From Planctomycetota bacterium (GTDB lineage Bacteria > Planctomycetota > Planctomycetia > Pirellulales > Pirellulaceae), in contig JANOFL010000142.1 of assembly GCA_031405895.1 (NCBI GenBank), positions 202-64,201 on the forward strand: a DNA stretch of 64,000 nucleotides, given 5' to 3'. The notes under the pieces were generated by a model. It was given only the letters and a program-made list of their open reading frames with translations. It did not search any database and was not told the DNA's origin. Made by a program: the position numbers and the translations under genes. Positions 9,274-18,935 of the stretch are shown one piece after another (position 1 is the first letter of the stretch; each line of letters begins with the position of its first letter).

Positions 9274-10341
9274 TCATCCCAGCACTGGCAATGAGACATT
9301 GAGCGGCCGGGAGGCGGCTTCATTGGCGAGGTGGCGGGACAGGTTCCAGGCGATTCGTTCGAGATGGGGCGCGACGAGCGGGTCGCTAAAGTTTTCCATG
9401 GGCGAGCCGCTGTCGCCGCGCTGCCGAAGGCTGATGTTGATCGGGATCTCGCCGAGGAACGGGATGCCCGCGTCTTCCGCATACTGACGGGCACCGCCTT
9501 TGCCAAAAATGTCGTATCGCTTGTTGCAGTCGGGGCAGATGAACCCGCTCATGTTCTCGACCAGGCCGACGAGCGGAATTTTCACCTGGCGGAACATGCC
9601 GACGGCCTTCACGGCGTCGATCAATGCGACTTCCTGCGGCGTGCAAACAACCACCGCCCCCGTGACGGGCAACTGCTGGGACAGGGACAACACAATGTCG
9701 CCCGTGCCCGGCGGCAAGTCGATGATCAGCCAGTCGAGCGGACCCCAGTCGACATCGCGCAGGAACGTCGTCACGGCCGAATGCAACATTGGGCCGCGCC
9801 AGATCACGGCCTGGTCGGGCGGGACCATAAAGCCGATCGACATCAGCGGCATGCCGTCGAGGTGGTGCGGCGCGATCTTGCTGCCGTCTTCGGACTTGCC
9901 GACCTGGCCGCGAACGCCCGTCATCTGGGGAAGGCTCGGGCCATAGACGTCGGCATCGAGCAGGCCGACCCGGCAGCCCGCCCGCTTGAGCGCGAGCGCG
10001 AGGGCCAGCGCGACGGTGCTTTTCCCCACGCCCCCTTTGCCGCTGCCGACCGCGATCACAGCCTTGGCAGTCAGGCTGATCTTGCCCAGCGGCAAGACTT
10101 TGCGTTCGACCAGGTGGACATTCGCCGAAGCATCATCGACGCCGGAGACATTGCGGGCAGCATCGACCAGTTCACTTTCAAAGTCCCGTTTTAGCGGCGC
10201 CGCGAAGGTCCCAAGCTCGGCCTCAATCGCGACCTTGCCAGCGGTGACTGCGACCGTTCGCAGCTGGCCAGTCTTCGAGAGCGGCCGGCCGGTTTCCGGA
10301 TCGCGGATGGCTTCGAGCGAGGCACGAACGAGGGCTTGCAT
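9274..10341 (-). CDS. apbC: Mrp/ApbC/NBP35-family iron-sulfur cluster carrier ATPase
   Basis: Deviant Walker A GSGKGGVGKST, a CPDCNKRYDIFG cysteine motif, and an N-terminal DUF59-like segment (LEAIRDPETGRPL). Confidence 0.9.
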   Translation of the reverse strand: MQALVRASLEAIRDPETGRPLSKTGQLRTVAVTAGKVAIEAELGTFAAPLKRDFESELVDAARNVSGVDDASANVHLVERKVLPLGKISLTAKAVIAVGSGKGGVGKSTVALALALALKRAGCRVGLLDADVYGPSLPQMTGVRGQVGKSEDGSKIAPHHLDGMPLMSIGFMVPPDQAVIWRGPMLHSAVTTFLRDVDWGPLDWLIIDLPPGTGDIVLSLSQQLPVTGAVVVCTPQEVALIDAVKAVGMFRQVKIPLVGLVENMSGFICPDCNKRYDIFGKGGARQYAEDAGIPFLGEIPINISLRQRGDSGSPMENFSDPLVAPHLERIAWNLSRHLANEAASRPLNVSLPVLG

Positions 10342-10401
10342 GGCGAATTCAGGTGGCTGGGTCGGACGATATTCAGGAGAAGAGCCTATCCGACAAACGC
10401 T

Positions 10402-10426
10402 CCTTGCTTGCGCTGCGGGCTGGTAT
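10402..10426. repeat. REP element family E, solo arm (CCTTGCTTGCGCTGCGGGCTGGTAT)
   Basis: The same 25-mer, or its reverse complement, occurs at 13770-13794, twice in 34090-34216, and at both ends of 38527-38797. Confidence 0.8.
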
Positions 10427-10473
10427 CTGGCTTTGCCCGTATAGGCGGGTGTTTGCCGGTTCCCGGACAGGTT

Positions 10474-11142
10474 TTATGGCAGAACGGCGGCCCAGTTGAC
10501 GTCCGAGGCATGACGCGGCCAGGGAAGTTGCCGGAGGACCGGTGCGGGCCAAGGCCGCGGTACCGGCAATTGTCCCGAAAAGTGTGCGGCTGCCAACCGG
10601 AGCAATCGGTCGGCTTCGGCGACTGAACCGATGATCGCGGCGAAACCCGACTCCAGAAACAGCAACGTCGCCCGCGGATCGGCATCGTTCGAGCTGGCCA
10701 CCAGCATCACCGAGCGTGGCAAGTTCATGGTTGCGACGGAGGCACAAATCTGGATCAGCCGCGCAGGCGGCACATCGACAAGGACAAGCGACCGCTCAAG
10801 CCGGCCCGCCATCGCTGCCGCGTCGGCAAGGTCAAGGGCCGGGACAACAAAACGGGCCGGGTTGTCGTGAGCCTGTAGCGCCTTGGAGCCAATCCGGGAA
10901 CCGCCGGGGTCTGACGCCAAATCGCGCAGTCTTCGGAGCGATTTGGGGTCTGACCCCTTCTCTTCGCGGTTCGCGGATTGGCTCGTGGACGTATTTTGAC
11001 GTCCAGTGGCGCTTCCTCTTCCCGCAAGCATGGACCGGAGCAGCCCCAGCCACCGGCCCGCAGGATCGAGCACGATGATCCGCTGGAAATGGGGACGGGT
11101 GAAGACAACCCGACCGCCTCCAGCTGCAGTGTCTCCATTCAT
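10474..11142 (-). CDS. Hypothetical protein, possibly a degenerate CheY-like receiver, with an in-frame repeat insertion
   Basis: 222-aa ORF whose start overlaps the upstream regulator's stop (ATGA at 11139-11142). The pattern RIIVLD...VLVDV...VMLVASSND...GFAAIIG resembles a receiver fold. EKGSDPKSLRRLRDLASDPGG is the translation of repeat 10904-10957. Confidence 0.5.
   Translation of the reverse strand: MNGDTAAGGGRVVFTRPHFQRIIVLDPAGRWLGLLRSMLAGRGSATGRQNTSTSQSANREEKGSDPKSLRRLRDLASDPGGSRIGSKALQAHDNPARFVVPALDLADAAAMAGRLERSLVLVDVPPARLIQICASVATMNLPRSVMLVASSNDADPRATLLFLESGFAAIIGSVAEADRLLRLAAAHFSGQLPVPRPWPAPVLRQLPWPRHASDVNWAAVLP
10904..10957. repeat. REP-like element family D inside an ORF
   Basis: ccggggtctgacgccaaatcgcgcagtcttcggagcgatttggggtctgacccc is close to the reverse complement of 8062-8116. 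Confidence 0.8.
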
Positions 11143-12563
11143 TCCTGCACCTCGTCGAATTCGACCGGCTCGAAGTCGATGGCTTCACCCGGCAGGACGA
11201 TCCCGAGGTGAGCACAGCGGCGGAGGAGTTTGGCACGGCTCAAGCCAAGATGCCGGGCCGCTTCGCTGCGGTTGTTGCGGCACAGGGCCAAGGCCCGCTC
11301 CATGACTTCCCGTTCAACGGTCTCCAGCAGCTTCTCCAGATCGACCTGCTCGGCCGGCAAGCGGCTGCCGCGCTGGGCCGCGATCCCCAGCCGGATCGCC
11401 TCGGGCAGGTCACCGACCTCCAGCGTCTTGCCCGACGGCTTGGACAGCATCTGGGCCAGGGCGGAGGAAAGCTCGGCCACCTCGCCCGGCCAGCTGTACT
11501 CGGTGAGCGTTTCAATCGCGACCGGCGAAAGCGTGACTGGACCGTGCCCCTTTTGCCGGCTGGCCGAGTCGGTGACCGCCGCCATCATCCCGGCCAGGTC
11601 CATGCGACGTTGCGCCAGCTGTGGCAGCACGATGGTCTGGGCTGAGAGCTGGGCTTCGAGAAACGTATCGAACGGGGCGGGCGACTCTTCGTCGTTGACG
11701 GCGCCGCGTCGCGCGACGGTCCGGGTCGCAAACAGCCGGATCAACGCCGGGCTGATGCGGAGGAACCCGGCCAGTTCCGTCTGCGAGCCTGAATCGAGCC
11801 GCTCGACATCTACCAGCAACAGGCAAACCACTGGCGGGTCGAACTGGCTTCGCTCGGCCAGCGCGTGACGGATGACATCCTGGATGAAAGCTTGATCGGC
11901 GGCCCGGCACTGGACCGGCGTCAGCGGTGGCGACTTGCCCGATTTGACGTACCGCAAGGCATGAATCCGCCGCGCGAGCAGCTCCTGTTCGCCCCCCGCC
12001 GGTCCGGCGACCATCACATGCGAGTCAGCCGTGCTGGCGGCGTGGACTTGGGCCCGCAGCCGTTCGGCGACGGGGCTGCTTCCGAGCAGCGAAAAGACCT
12101 GAGCCGCGCGGGCGGTCTGGGCTCGTTGCCGGGCAAGTTCCACCCGGGCGGTGGCCATCGCCGCTTCGGCAACACGGCGCTCCGTTCCCTTGCCAGCGTC
12201 GTGGCCGACGATCGTCAGCAGCCAGGCTTCCTGTCCGTCGCCGGCGGGCACGACCAGCGTCTGGGCCGACACGACGACAGGCTGACCGGCGTCATCGAGC
12301 GAGTAGACCAGCGTGCTTTCCGCGTTGCCCGATCCAACCTCAATCGCCAACCCGGCCAGTCGCCGGTCGAGCGGTTCGGCGGAACCGGAGTTGCCCGGAT
12401 GCGAAGTCCGGCCCAGCGCATCTTTGACTTCGACGCCGAGCCAGCTGGCGGCGGCCGCATTGAGCGTGAGAATCAAGCCGGCTTCGTCCCGCAGAATCAC
12501 GGGCTGGGCGCACGCGGCCAGCCACTCGGGAAGTTGCGGCTGGTTGGCGCGGCGTCGGCCCAT
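11139..12563 (-). CDS. Transcriptional regulator related to sigma-54 activators (PAS-like N-terminus, degenerate AAA+ core, Fis-type HTH)
   Basis: C-terminal HTH RSEAARHLGLSRAKLLRRCAHLGI. The central region is alignable to NtrC-type ATPases, but the Walker A position reads GPAGGEQE and the Walker B position reads LLLVDVERL. Confidence 0.7.
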   Translation of the reverse strand: MGRRRANQPQLPEWLAACAQPVILRDEAGLILTLNAAAASWLGVEVKDALGRTSHPGNSGSAEPLDRRLAGLAIEVGSGNAESTLVYSLDDAGQPVVVSAQTLVVPAGDGQEAWLLTIVGHDAGKGTERRVAEAAMATARVELARQRAQTARAAQVFSLLGSSPVAERLRAQVHAASTADSHVMVAGPAGGEQELLARRIHALRYVKSGKSPPLTPVQCRAADQAFIQDVIRHALAERSQFDPPVVCLLLVDVERLDSGSQTELAGFLRISPALIRLFATRTVARRGAVNDEESPAPFDTFLEAQLSAQTIVLPQLAQRRMDLAGMMAAVTDSASRQKGHGPVTLSPVAIETLTEYSWPGEVAELSSALAQMLSKPSGKTLEVGDLPEAIRLGIAAQRGSRLPAEQVDLEKLLETVEREVMERALALCRNNRSEAARHLGLSRAKLLRRCAHLGIVLPGEAIDFEPVEFDEVQE

Positions 12564-12739
12564 GTTCGGCAGGATGCAATCAGTCAGGAACGGTTCACGC
12601 CACTCGCTCCGCCGGCAAAGCGGTTGGCGAAAACTGTTATCATGATCGCCGCAAACGGTCCGCGCAAGTATCCGGCCGTGGGGACGAAGCTCCCGCTTTG
12701 TCCTCCTGACTGGATTCTCCCCGCAAACCCGCCCCCCGC

Positions 12740-13759
12740 ATGGCCCGCGAAAAACTGCTCGCCAACGAACCGCCCGCTGTGGAAGACGACCTCAGCCTGC
12801 GTCCGGGCCAGATCAGCCAGATGGTCGGCCAGCGGGAAGTCATCGAGCGGCTGCGGATCGCCATCGACGCCGCCAAGAACCGCGCCGAGCCGCTGGGGCA
12901 CATCCTGCTCGACGGCCCCCCGGGACTGGGCAAAACCACCTTCGCCCACTGCATCCCCAAGGAACTCGGCGTCCACATCGACTTCCTCAGCGGCCCGTCG
13001 CTCAAGGCCCCCAAGGACCTGATCCCGAACCTGACCAACCTGCAAAGCCACCAGGTCCTCTTCATCGACGAGATCCACCGCATCCCCAAAGCGGTCGAAG
13101 AGTACCTCTACACGGCGATGGAAGATTTTCGGATCGACCTGATCCTCGGCGAAGGGATCAACGCACGGACCCACAACTTCCGATTAAAACCCTTCACCAT
13201 GATCGGCGCCACCACCCGGGCCGGCATGCTCACCGGCCCGCTCCGCGACCGCTTCCAGATTCGCGAGCACCTCGACTTCTATTCGCTCGACGAGATCACC
13301 GAGATCATCCGGCGGAACGCGAAGAAACTGGCCGTCGGGATCGACGACGACGCGGCCGTGGAGATCGCCCACCGCAGCCGCAGCACGCCGCGAATCGCCA
13401 ACAACCGGCTCCGCTGGGTCCGCGACTTCGCCCAGACCCGGGCCAACGGCCACGTCAGCCTTGCCGTCGCTCAGGCCGCACTCCTGATGGCCCAGATCGA
13501 CACGCTCGGCCTCGACCGCCAGGACCGGCGTTATCTGGAAACCCTGATCCGCGTCTGCGGCGGCGGCCCGACCGGCATCGAAACCATCGCCGCCACCATG
13601 AACACTTCCTCGGACACGCTCGAAGACGAAGTCGAACCCTTCCTCCTCCGCATCGGCCTGATCCTGCGGACAGCACGGGGGAGGATTGCAACGTCATCCG
13701 GCTTTCGCCACATTGGCGATGAACCTCCAGCGCAGCCGCAAGGCCAGCTTTTTGATTGA
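12740..13759 (+). CDS. ruvB: Holliday junction branch-migration helicase RuvB
   Basis: LRPGQISQMVGQREV..., Walker A GPPGLGKTT, Walker B LFIDEIHR, sensor TTRAGMLTGPLRDRF, and the typical C-terminal winged-helix region. Confidence 0.95.
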   Translation: MAREKLLANEPPAVEDDLSLRPGQISQMVGQREVIERLRIAIDAAKNRAEPLGHILLDGPPGLGKTTFAHCIPKELGVHIDFLSGPSLKAPKDLIPNLTNLQSHQVLFIDEIHRIPKAVEEYLYTAMEDFRIDLILGEGINARTHNFRLKPFTMIGATTRAGMLTGPLRDRFQIREHLDFYSLDEITEIIRRNAKKLAVGIDDDAAVEIAHRSRSTPRIANNRLRWVRDFAQTRANGHVSLAVAQAALLMAQIDTLGLDRQDRRYLETLIRVCGGGPTGIETIAATMNTSSDTLEDEVEPFLLRIGLILRTARGRIATSSGFRHIGDEPPAQPQGQLFD

Positions 13760-13769
13760 CGCCTGTCCA

Positions 13770-13794
13770 ATACCAGCCCGCAGCGCAAGCAAGG
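13770..13794. repeat. REP element family E, solo arm
   Basis: ataccagcccgcagcgcaagcaagg, immediately after the ruvB stop. Confidence 0.8.
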
Positions 13795-14038
13795 AACGAT
13801 TGCCGGTTGCTCGTTAGCAACGATCGAGATGCGCCGCGCGGGCGGAACGTGGGCGCAGATTGGCGTCTCGCAGCTGGCCACCTTTATCGACACCACCCCG
13901 CCGCTCGTAGCTGGCCAGCCGGAAACGCGCGAGTACCGCTGCCAGGGCGTAGTCGGCAACCAGCGCACCGGCGAAGTCTCCGCCACCGTCTCCATCGTCA
14001 CCGTGCCGTAGTCTGGGGAATTTTTTGACTTCCTTGAC

Positions 14039-15811
14039 TCATCCCCGGATGAGTTTTTCCATCAGTTCGCGGTTGATCGACATTTTGCGAAACTCTTCCT
14101 CCATTTCCACTTTGGCTTTTCTCACATTCTCGGCCGTTCGTGCACCGGGATTGGCGACCAGTTTGTCAATCGCCTTGAAATAGCGGTCGGCCTTCTGGAC
14201 GACCGGCTTGATGTCCTCGTTGCAGATCTTGAGCAGTCGCGCCGAACCCTGAACCATTGTTTTCATCCGGTCGCGCGTGATTTTCTCGTAATCGGGATCT
14301 GTTACCGACCAGACCATGTCCTCAAGCGGGGCCATCAGCCTCGACAGTTCATAGAGGGTCGCATTGCGGGACAATGCGCCGCTGTTCCGACCTTGCGCGA
14401 TTTCCAGCAGGATCCGGGCTGACTCATGGTTGGGTGCCAGGTCCAGCACCGCCTGCAGTGCCGCCTGGACTTCGGACTGGGCAAGTCCCGATTCGCCCGT
14501 TTCGGCCAATGTAGCCTGGAGCGCGGTGAACTGTTCGATCGCCGCCGTGATCTTTTCCGGGCGGTCGACGCGGGCAAGCTCGATCATGGATTGAAGGTCG
14601 GGCACCGTGAAGAGCTGCACTTTCCACGCGTTCTCTACGGCGGACTGGATCACAAGGTCATTGATCGCGTCCACATTCTCAGCTGGAATCGCGACCACTT
14701 TTTTCTGGTCGGCAATTGCGCCGAGGATTTTGGGTACGACCGCCCCCACTGCCACCACTTTCCAGTTGACCAGGATATCGCCGGTCGCGGCAAAATCATG
14801 GTCGATCGAAAAACCCTCCAGCATGGACAACATCAGGACGGCATAGGCGGCTCCGGCAGAGCCTCCTCCCATGGGTGAATACTTGTCGCCAAAGCTGATC
14901 TGAATGCCGCCGTCGCCCCATTTCGGATAGCGGAGCTGGACGGCCCGAATCGCCTCATCCAGTGAAACGCGCATTTCTTCGGAGATTTCCTGACGACCAA
15001 CAAAAAAAGCCGACACGTGGTGGCGTTGATCTTCCCGCTGGGCAATCACATCCACGGCCACACCCAACACCTGGCCATCGCCGTTCTCCTGGACCATCAG
15101 CGCCTGAATCGTGGCCAGGTTCGCAACAATCTCTTTTTCCTTGTCGGCATATTCCGGGCGGGCAATTCCGTTGCTTCCGTCCACGATCGAACCGTCAATG
15201 ACAGGCACAGCCCCGGTGTCAATGGTTTCCGGCGGGGCTTCCGGGGTTACTTCAGGCTGTCCAGCCCCGGTCGATTCAGCCACATCACTGCTCGCGGCGC
15301 TCTCGGCGGTCTTGTCGCTGCTGTCGGCAGGTTGGTCCAAAGGCGGCATTTCGCCAATTGCCCTGGCGTGGTTGAGGATGGCGTCCCGCAAGGGGAAGGA
15401 TGTTCCGTGTTTCATATACACTTCACCTGTCTTGCCTGTGCGGGTGAAGACCTTCCTGCCGTCCAGCGTGTAACGCAGCCGAAGGGCATCTTTTCGCCTC
15501 GCCCCCGGCAGCCCGAGGCCGTCCGGAGTAACCACGATGACTCCATTCGGGTCGTTGGCCCAGAACACCTTGAGCTGGTCAATACAGTTGATGCCGCCAG
15601 CTCCCTGCCGATGGCTGCCGTAGTAGGCCAGCGTGAGTTCGATCACGGGCTCGGCGGCTGACTCCGACTGCCCCATCGCAACCGGCAGTGGCAAGGTGAA
15701 CGCAGCAACCACGAACGCGGTGAAGCAGGCCACGACTTTTCCAGCAACCCTGGGACCACACCAAAGGCCTGGCTTGTCCAGATTCACCCGGAGGTTTTTA
15801 GGGAAGGTCAT
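14039..15811 (-). CDS. Exported protein with a Lon-protease (S16)-like proteolytic domain
   Basis: N-terminal hydrophobic signal/anchor (VVACFTAFVVAAFTLPLPVAMGQ). The internal segment PMGGGSAGAAYAVLMLSMLEGFSIDHDFAATGDILVNWKVVAVGAVVPKILGAIADQKKVVAIPAEN matches the Lon C-terminal pattern G.SAG...TG.i...G.v..iGG...K..aA...g...viiP..N, with Ser and Lys candidates present. Confidence 0.7.
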   Translation of the reverse strand: MTFPKNLRVNLDKPGLWCGPRVAGKVVACFTAFVVAAFTLPLPVAMGQSESAAEPVIELTLAYYGSHRQGAGGINCIDQLKVFWANDPNGVIVVTPDGLGLPGARRKDALRLRYTLDGRKVFTRTGKTGEVYMKHGTSFPLRDAILNHARAIGEMPPLDQPADSSDKTAESAASSDVAESTGAGQPEVTPEAPPETIDTGAVPVIDGSIVDGSNGIARPEYADKEKEIVANLATIQALMVQENGDGQVLGVAVDVIAQREDQRHHVSAFFVGRQEISEEMRVSLDEAIRAVQLRYPKWGDGGIQISFGDKYSPMGGGSAGAAYAVLMLSMLEGFSIDHDFAATGDILVNWKVVAVGAVVPKILGAIADQKKVVAIPAENVDAINDLVIQSAVENAWKVQLFTVPDLQSMIELARVDRPEKITAAIEQFTALQATLAETGESGLAQSEVQAALQAVLDLAPNHESARILLEIAQGRNSGALSRNATLYELSRLMAPLEDMVWSVTDPDYEKITRDRMKTMVQGSARLLKICNEDIKPVVQKADRYFKAIDKLVANPGARTAENVRKAKVEMEEEFRKMSINRELMEKLIRG

Positions 15812-15988
15812 CGGTCAACTCCTCCAGAACTCGGGAACCGTAGTGCTGTCCGTCTATGCCTGCCCTTATTTTCAGGCCACCGGACGGGCCATGTCAACCC
15901 ACAAGAGTGCAACCGGCGACATGTCCCAACAAGACTCATGTTGTGCCTGCTCCGGCAGAGGGACAGAAAACCGGAGTGCCGCGATTTC

Positions 15989-18712
15989 TCAGGCAATGCA
16001 GTTGCCGGTTTCTTTCAGGGTAACCGACATATAGTCGTGGAAGGTCTCGATTCCCTGTCCCGCACTTCCGACTGCGCCGGGACGGTCGGTATAGACCATG
16101 AACCGGACGAGGCCGCTTTCATCGACGTACCGCGAGAAATCCGAACGGATGGAACCCGTCAGAGACCCATCCAGATTGCCCGCCCAGCTGTCCATGTACC
16201 GGTTTACGCCGGTCAGTCCGTTTCCATCGCCCCAGTTCTGGGCCACGTGATCCCAGACATACAGCTCGACCTGCGTTGAGTAGTCGCCGTAGCCTTCCCA
16301 CAGCACATCGAGCTGATCCATTTCGCTGGTCGGCGAGCCCAGCTGCCAGGTAAAGACATGCGTGGACTCGTTGCTGCTGGGGCTCGGCACTGGCGCAATG
16401 TACCGGTTCGTGTCCGCATCGTTGCCGCCCACGGCATTGGAAGTCGCCAGACGGGCATAGTTGGCAGAGGTCAGCTGGGAACTGACGGGCAACGGGTTTC
16501 CATTGACGTTGGACCAGGTGCCGGTCTGGCTGCCGTAGGCAAACCTGTCCACGCCGGAGCCGCTGGAGAAATCATGCGTGACGCGATCGCCTGACGTGAT
16601 GGAGAACGGATTGCTTTGAACCCGGGTCCTGGTTCCGCTGGCCGATATTGCGGTCAAGCGAATGACAACGGTTGGTTCACAGGACACCTGCGGCCCTGGT
16701 GTCCAAAGGTAACTGCCCGTATCGGCGGTTGATGCGATTCGCGTGAAACTCGCGCCCAGGTTGTAGGAGACGGTGATTTCAATCCTGACCGGATCGGCAT
16801 TGTTGTTGGCCATGGCTGACCATTCGATCCGGAACGGCACGGACGGCGTGAGGATTTCCCCACCCGCCGGCGAGAGCAGGTCGAGGGCCGGCGAAGCACC
16901 GGTGTACCGGGGTACCTGCATGACGATGCAGTGAATGGCTCCCGCAGAGGGGATCACCCCTGAACTCTGGATGGGAATCACCTCCACACCAGGACCAGCC
17001 GCGGCTTGCCAGGCCTGCATGGCCTGATCGTCCCGGCTGTTGTAAGCCGAATTCCCTCCCGGCTTGTACGCGGTGCCGTACACGGGAACAAAGAGCCGGT
17101 TGTTCACGCGGAAGGCATTGGCATAGGTGAAGTGCGTCCCACCCGAATTCCAGGCGGGAGTCCGGAACACCTCGAATCCCAGGTTCTGCATGTAGCCAAC
17201 GGCATTATTGGTGACCTCGATGGCCGTGCTGTTGGAGCCGGGCAGGAACTCCGAGATGACCACCGTATCCGCGTCGACCAGGTACATCCACATGTCGATG
17301 TGCCCGGTGGCATCGACCGACGAAGGCAATTGTGGCAGCACGTGCAGGGTGTCGATTCCAAGGTACTGCTGGTGGAGTTCCGAAATCAGGCCTGCATCGA
17401 AACCGTCAGCGGCCGGATTGTGCGAGTTCACCAGCGCCGTCACAAACCCGCTGCGGTTGGGTCCAGGCTGAAAATTGCCGCCTGAAAAATAGAGCCCCAT
17501 ATCATAGGTCGGCACCCGGAAATTGTTGTCGCCGGTCAATGTCGGAATAAAGTTGTCCAGTGGACGTGTAGGATAGTAATGGCTGTCGACAATCGCGAGG
17601 GCGTTATCCACCGTCACGAAATGCGGGCCGTAGTCGCGGATCCAGACTGAGTCCATCGGCTGGATGAAAAACTGCACGCGGGACAGGTTGGCGCCGGCGT
17701 TGATGAAGGAATTGGTCGCCGAGGTGCGCTGCGACTCGCTGGTCACCACCACATAGGCGATGTCGTCGGTGGTCGGGTCTTCCGTCAGCTCCTTGACCAT
17801 GTCAGTCACGACCGAGGAGAAGGATGCGTACGAGTAGAGCACGCCGCGCATGGGGTCATATTCAGCGGGTGATCGAACCACGCCAGTCGTCGGCCCCCTC
17901 AGCTGAACAGGGTTACTGATGGCGTAGGGCAACCGCGGTTGTCCCGGCACTTGGTCGTTGCGGCGGCCAAGAAGTTCCGCCGGCAATCGATGTTGACTCT
18001 CGCTGCCCGCTGGCGGGGTTTCCGCTGAAAGTCCGCTGGACGCGTCCCTTGACGCGTTCAAGGCAGAGACCCATGCTCCGTCCGAAGCGCTGGCAGGAGT
18101 ACCGGCTGCGGCGAGGTGCCCAGTCGATGCTCCCACGTTCATCTGCAGACCTGACCCGACGCTGCCCTGGCCGGCTCCGGGAAGAATGGGAGACCCAACG
18201 GCGACGAATCCCGCCTTGAACGATTGGCGCACCGGCCCAGAAGCAGGACGAGACCATCGGCCGCCCGCATTTCGGCCTGATTCAGCTCCGGCCAGTGCCT
18301 TGAATTCCGACCCAGCCAGAGGCGAAAGATCTTCAAGGCCATTCCCGGCAGTTCCTCCAATGCTCAAGTCCGTCCGCAATCCTCTCAGGGAATGCTGCAG
18401 GCCGGTGGTCACATCGGCAGAAAGATCGAGGACGGTCTCCCGATCGCCCCAAATGTCAACCAGTGACTGGTCCAGGAGCTCCGGGCCGGAGGCTTTCACT
18501 CCCAGCGCCAGCGACTCTGGGCGTGATCGGCTATCGCCTGCAACCTGCGGTGCTCCGCTGTCCAGATCCTGTTGCACGTTTCCAACTGGTGCCAGGCCCG
18601 GATCGAGCAATGAACCAGGTGCCAGACGACCTTCAAGAATCACATAGCCGAAAGTGGGAAACCGCTGAAATCGATTCTTCGATTGCGGATGAGTTCGTCT
18701 TTTCCTGGCCAT
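15989..18712 (-). CDS. Large secreted protein with an agmatine deiminase / Porphyromonas-type peptidylarginine deiminase domain
   Basis: Motifs AEYDPMRGVLYSY, WIRDYGPHFV, GGNF, TGHIDMWMYLVD and GAIHCIVMQVP (catalytic Cys context), flanked by about 280 aa N-terminal and about 290 aa C-terminal extensions. Confidence 0.8.
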   Translation of the reverse strand: MARKRRTHPQSKNRFQRFPTFGYVILEGRLAPGSLLDPGLAPVGNVQQDLDSGAPQVAGDSRSRPESLALGVKASGPELLDQSLVDIWGDRETVLDLSADVTTGLQHSLRGLRTDLSIGGTAGNGLEDLSPLAGSEFKALAGAESGRNAGGRWSRPASGPVRQSFKAGFVAVGSPILPGAGQGSVGSGLQMNVGASTGHLAAAGTPASASDGAWVSALNASRDASSGLSAETPPAGSESQHRLPAELLGRRNDQVPGQPRLPYAISNPVQLRGPTTGVVRSPAEYDPMRGVLYSYASFSSVVTDMVKELTEDPTTDDIAYVVVTSESQRTSATNSFINAGANLSRVQFFIQPMDSVWIRDYGPHFVTVDNALAIVDSHYYPTRPLDNFIPTLTGDNNFRVPTYDMGLYFSGGNFQPGPNRSGFVTALVNSHNPAADGFDAGLISELHQQYLGIDTLHVLPQLPSSVDATGHIDMWMYLVDADTVVISEFLPGSNSTAIEVTNNAVGYMQNLGFEVFRTPAWNSGGTHFTYANAFRVNNRLFVPVYGTAYKPGGNSAYNSRDDQAMQAWQAAAGPGVEVIPIQSSGVIPSAGAIHCIVMQVPRYTGASPALDLLSPAGGEILTPSVPFRIEWSAMANNNADPVRIEITVSYNLGASFTRIASTADTGSYLWTPGPQVSCEPTVVIRLTAISASGTRTRVQSNPFSITSGDRVTHDFSSGSGVDRFAYGSQTGTWSNVNGNPLPVSSQLTSANYARLATSNAVGGNDADTNRYIAPVPSPSSNESTHVFTWQLGSPTSEMDQLDVLWEGYGDYSTQVELYVWDHVAQNWGDGNGLTGVNRYMDSWAGNLDGSLTGSIRSDFSRYVDESGLVRFMVYTDRPGAVGSAGQGIETFHDYMSVTLKETGNCIA

Positions 18713-18914
18713 GGCCTTCCTCGCCTGTGAATCGATCCGGACGCCTGAACGGATTCAATGGTACTTAGGGCCATCCGACGGCACCAGTACATCCATGGCC
18801 GGCCAGCGCACCACGACCGAAATCGTCAAGGCTGGTTGAGCCATGCATTCGAGAGTGGTTGCATGAGGCCAGCGAGAGCGCGACTGTTGAAGCTTGGCAA
18901 AGTCATTCGGAAGT

Positions 18915-18935
18915 GGTGCGTTTCACGCACCCTAC
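18915..18935. repeat. REP element family C (GGTGCGT-loop-ACGCACC hairpin plus CCTAC)
   Basis: ggtgcgtttcacgcaccctac. Reverse-complement copies lie at 22572-22592 and 22603-22623, with larger-loop variants at 53447-53476 and 53609-53638. Confidence 0.8.
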
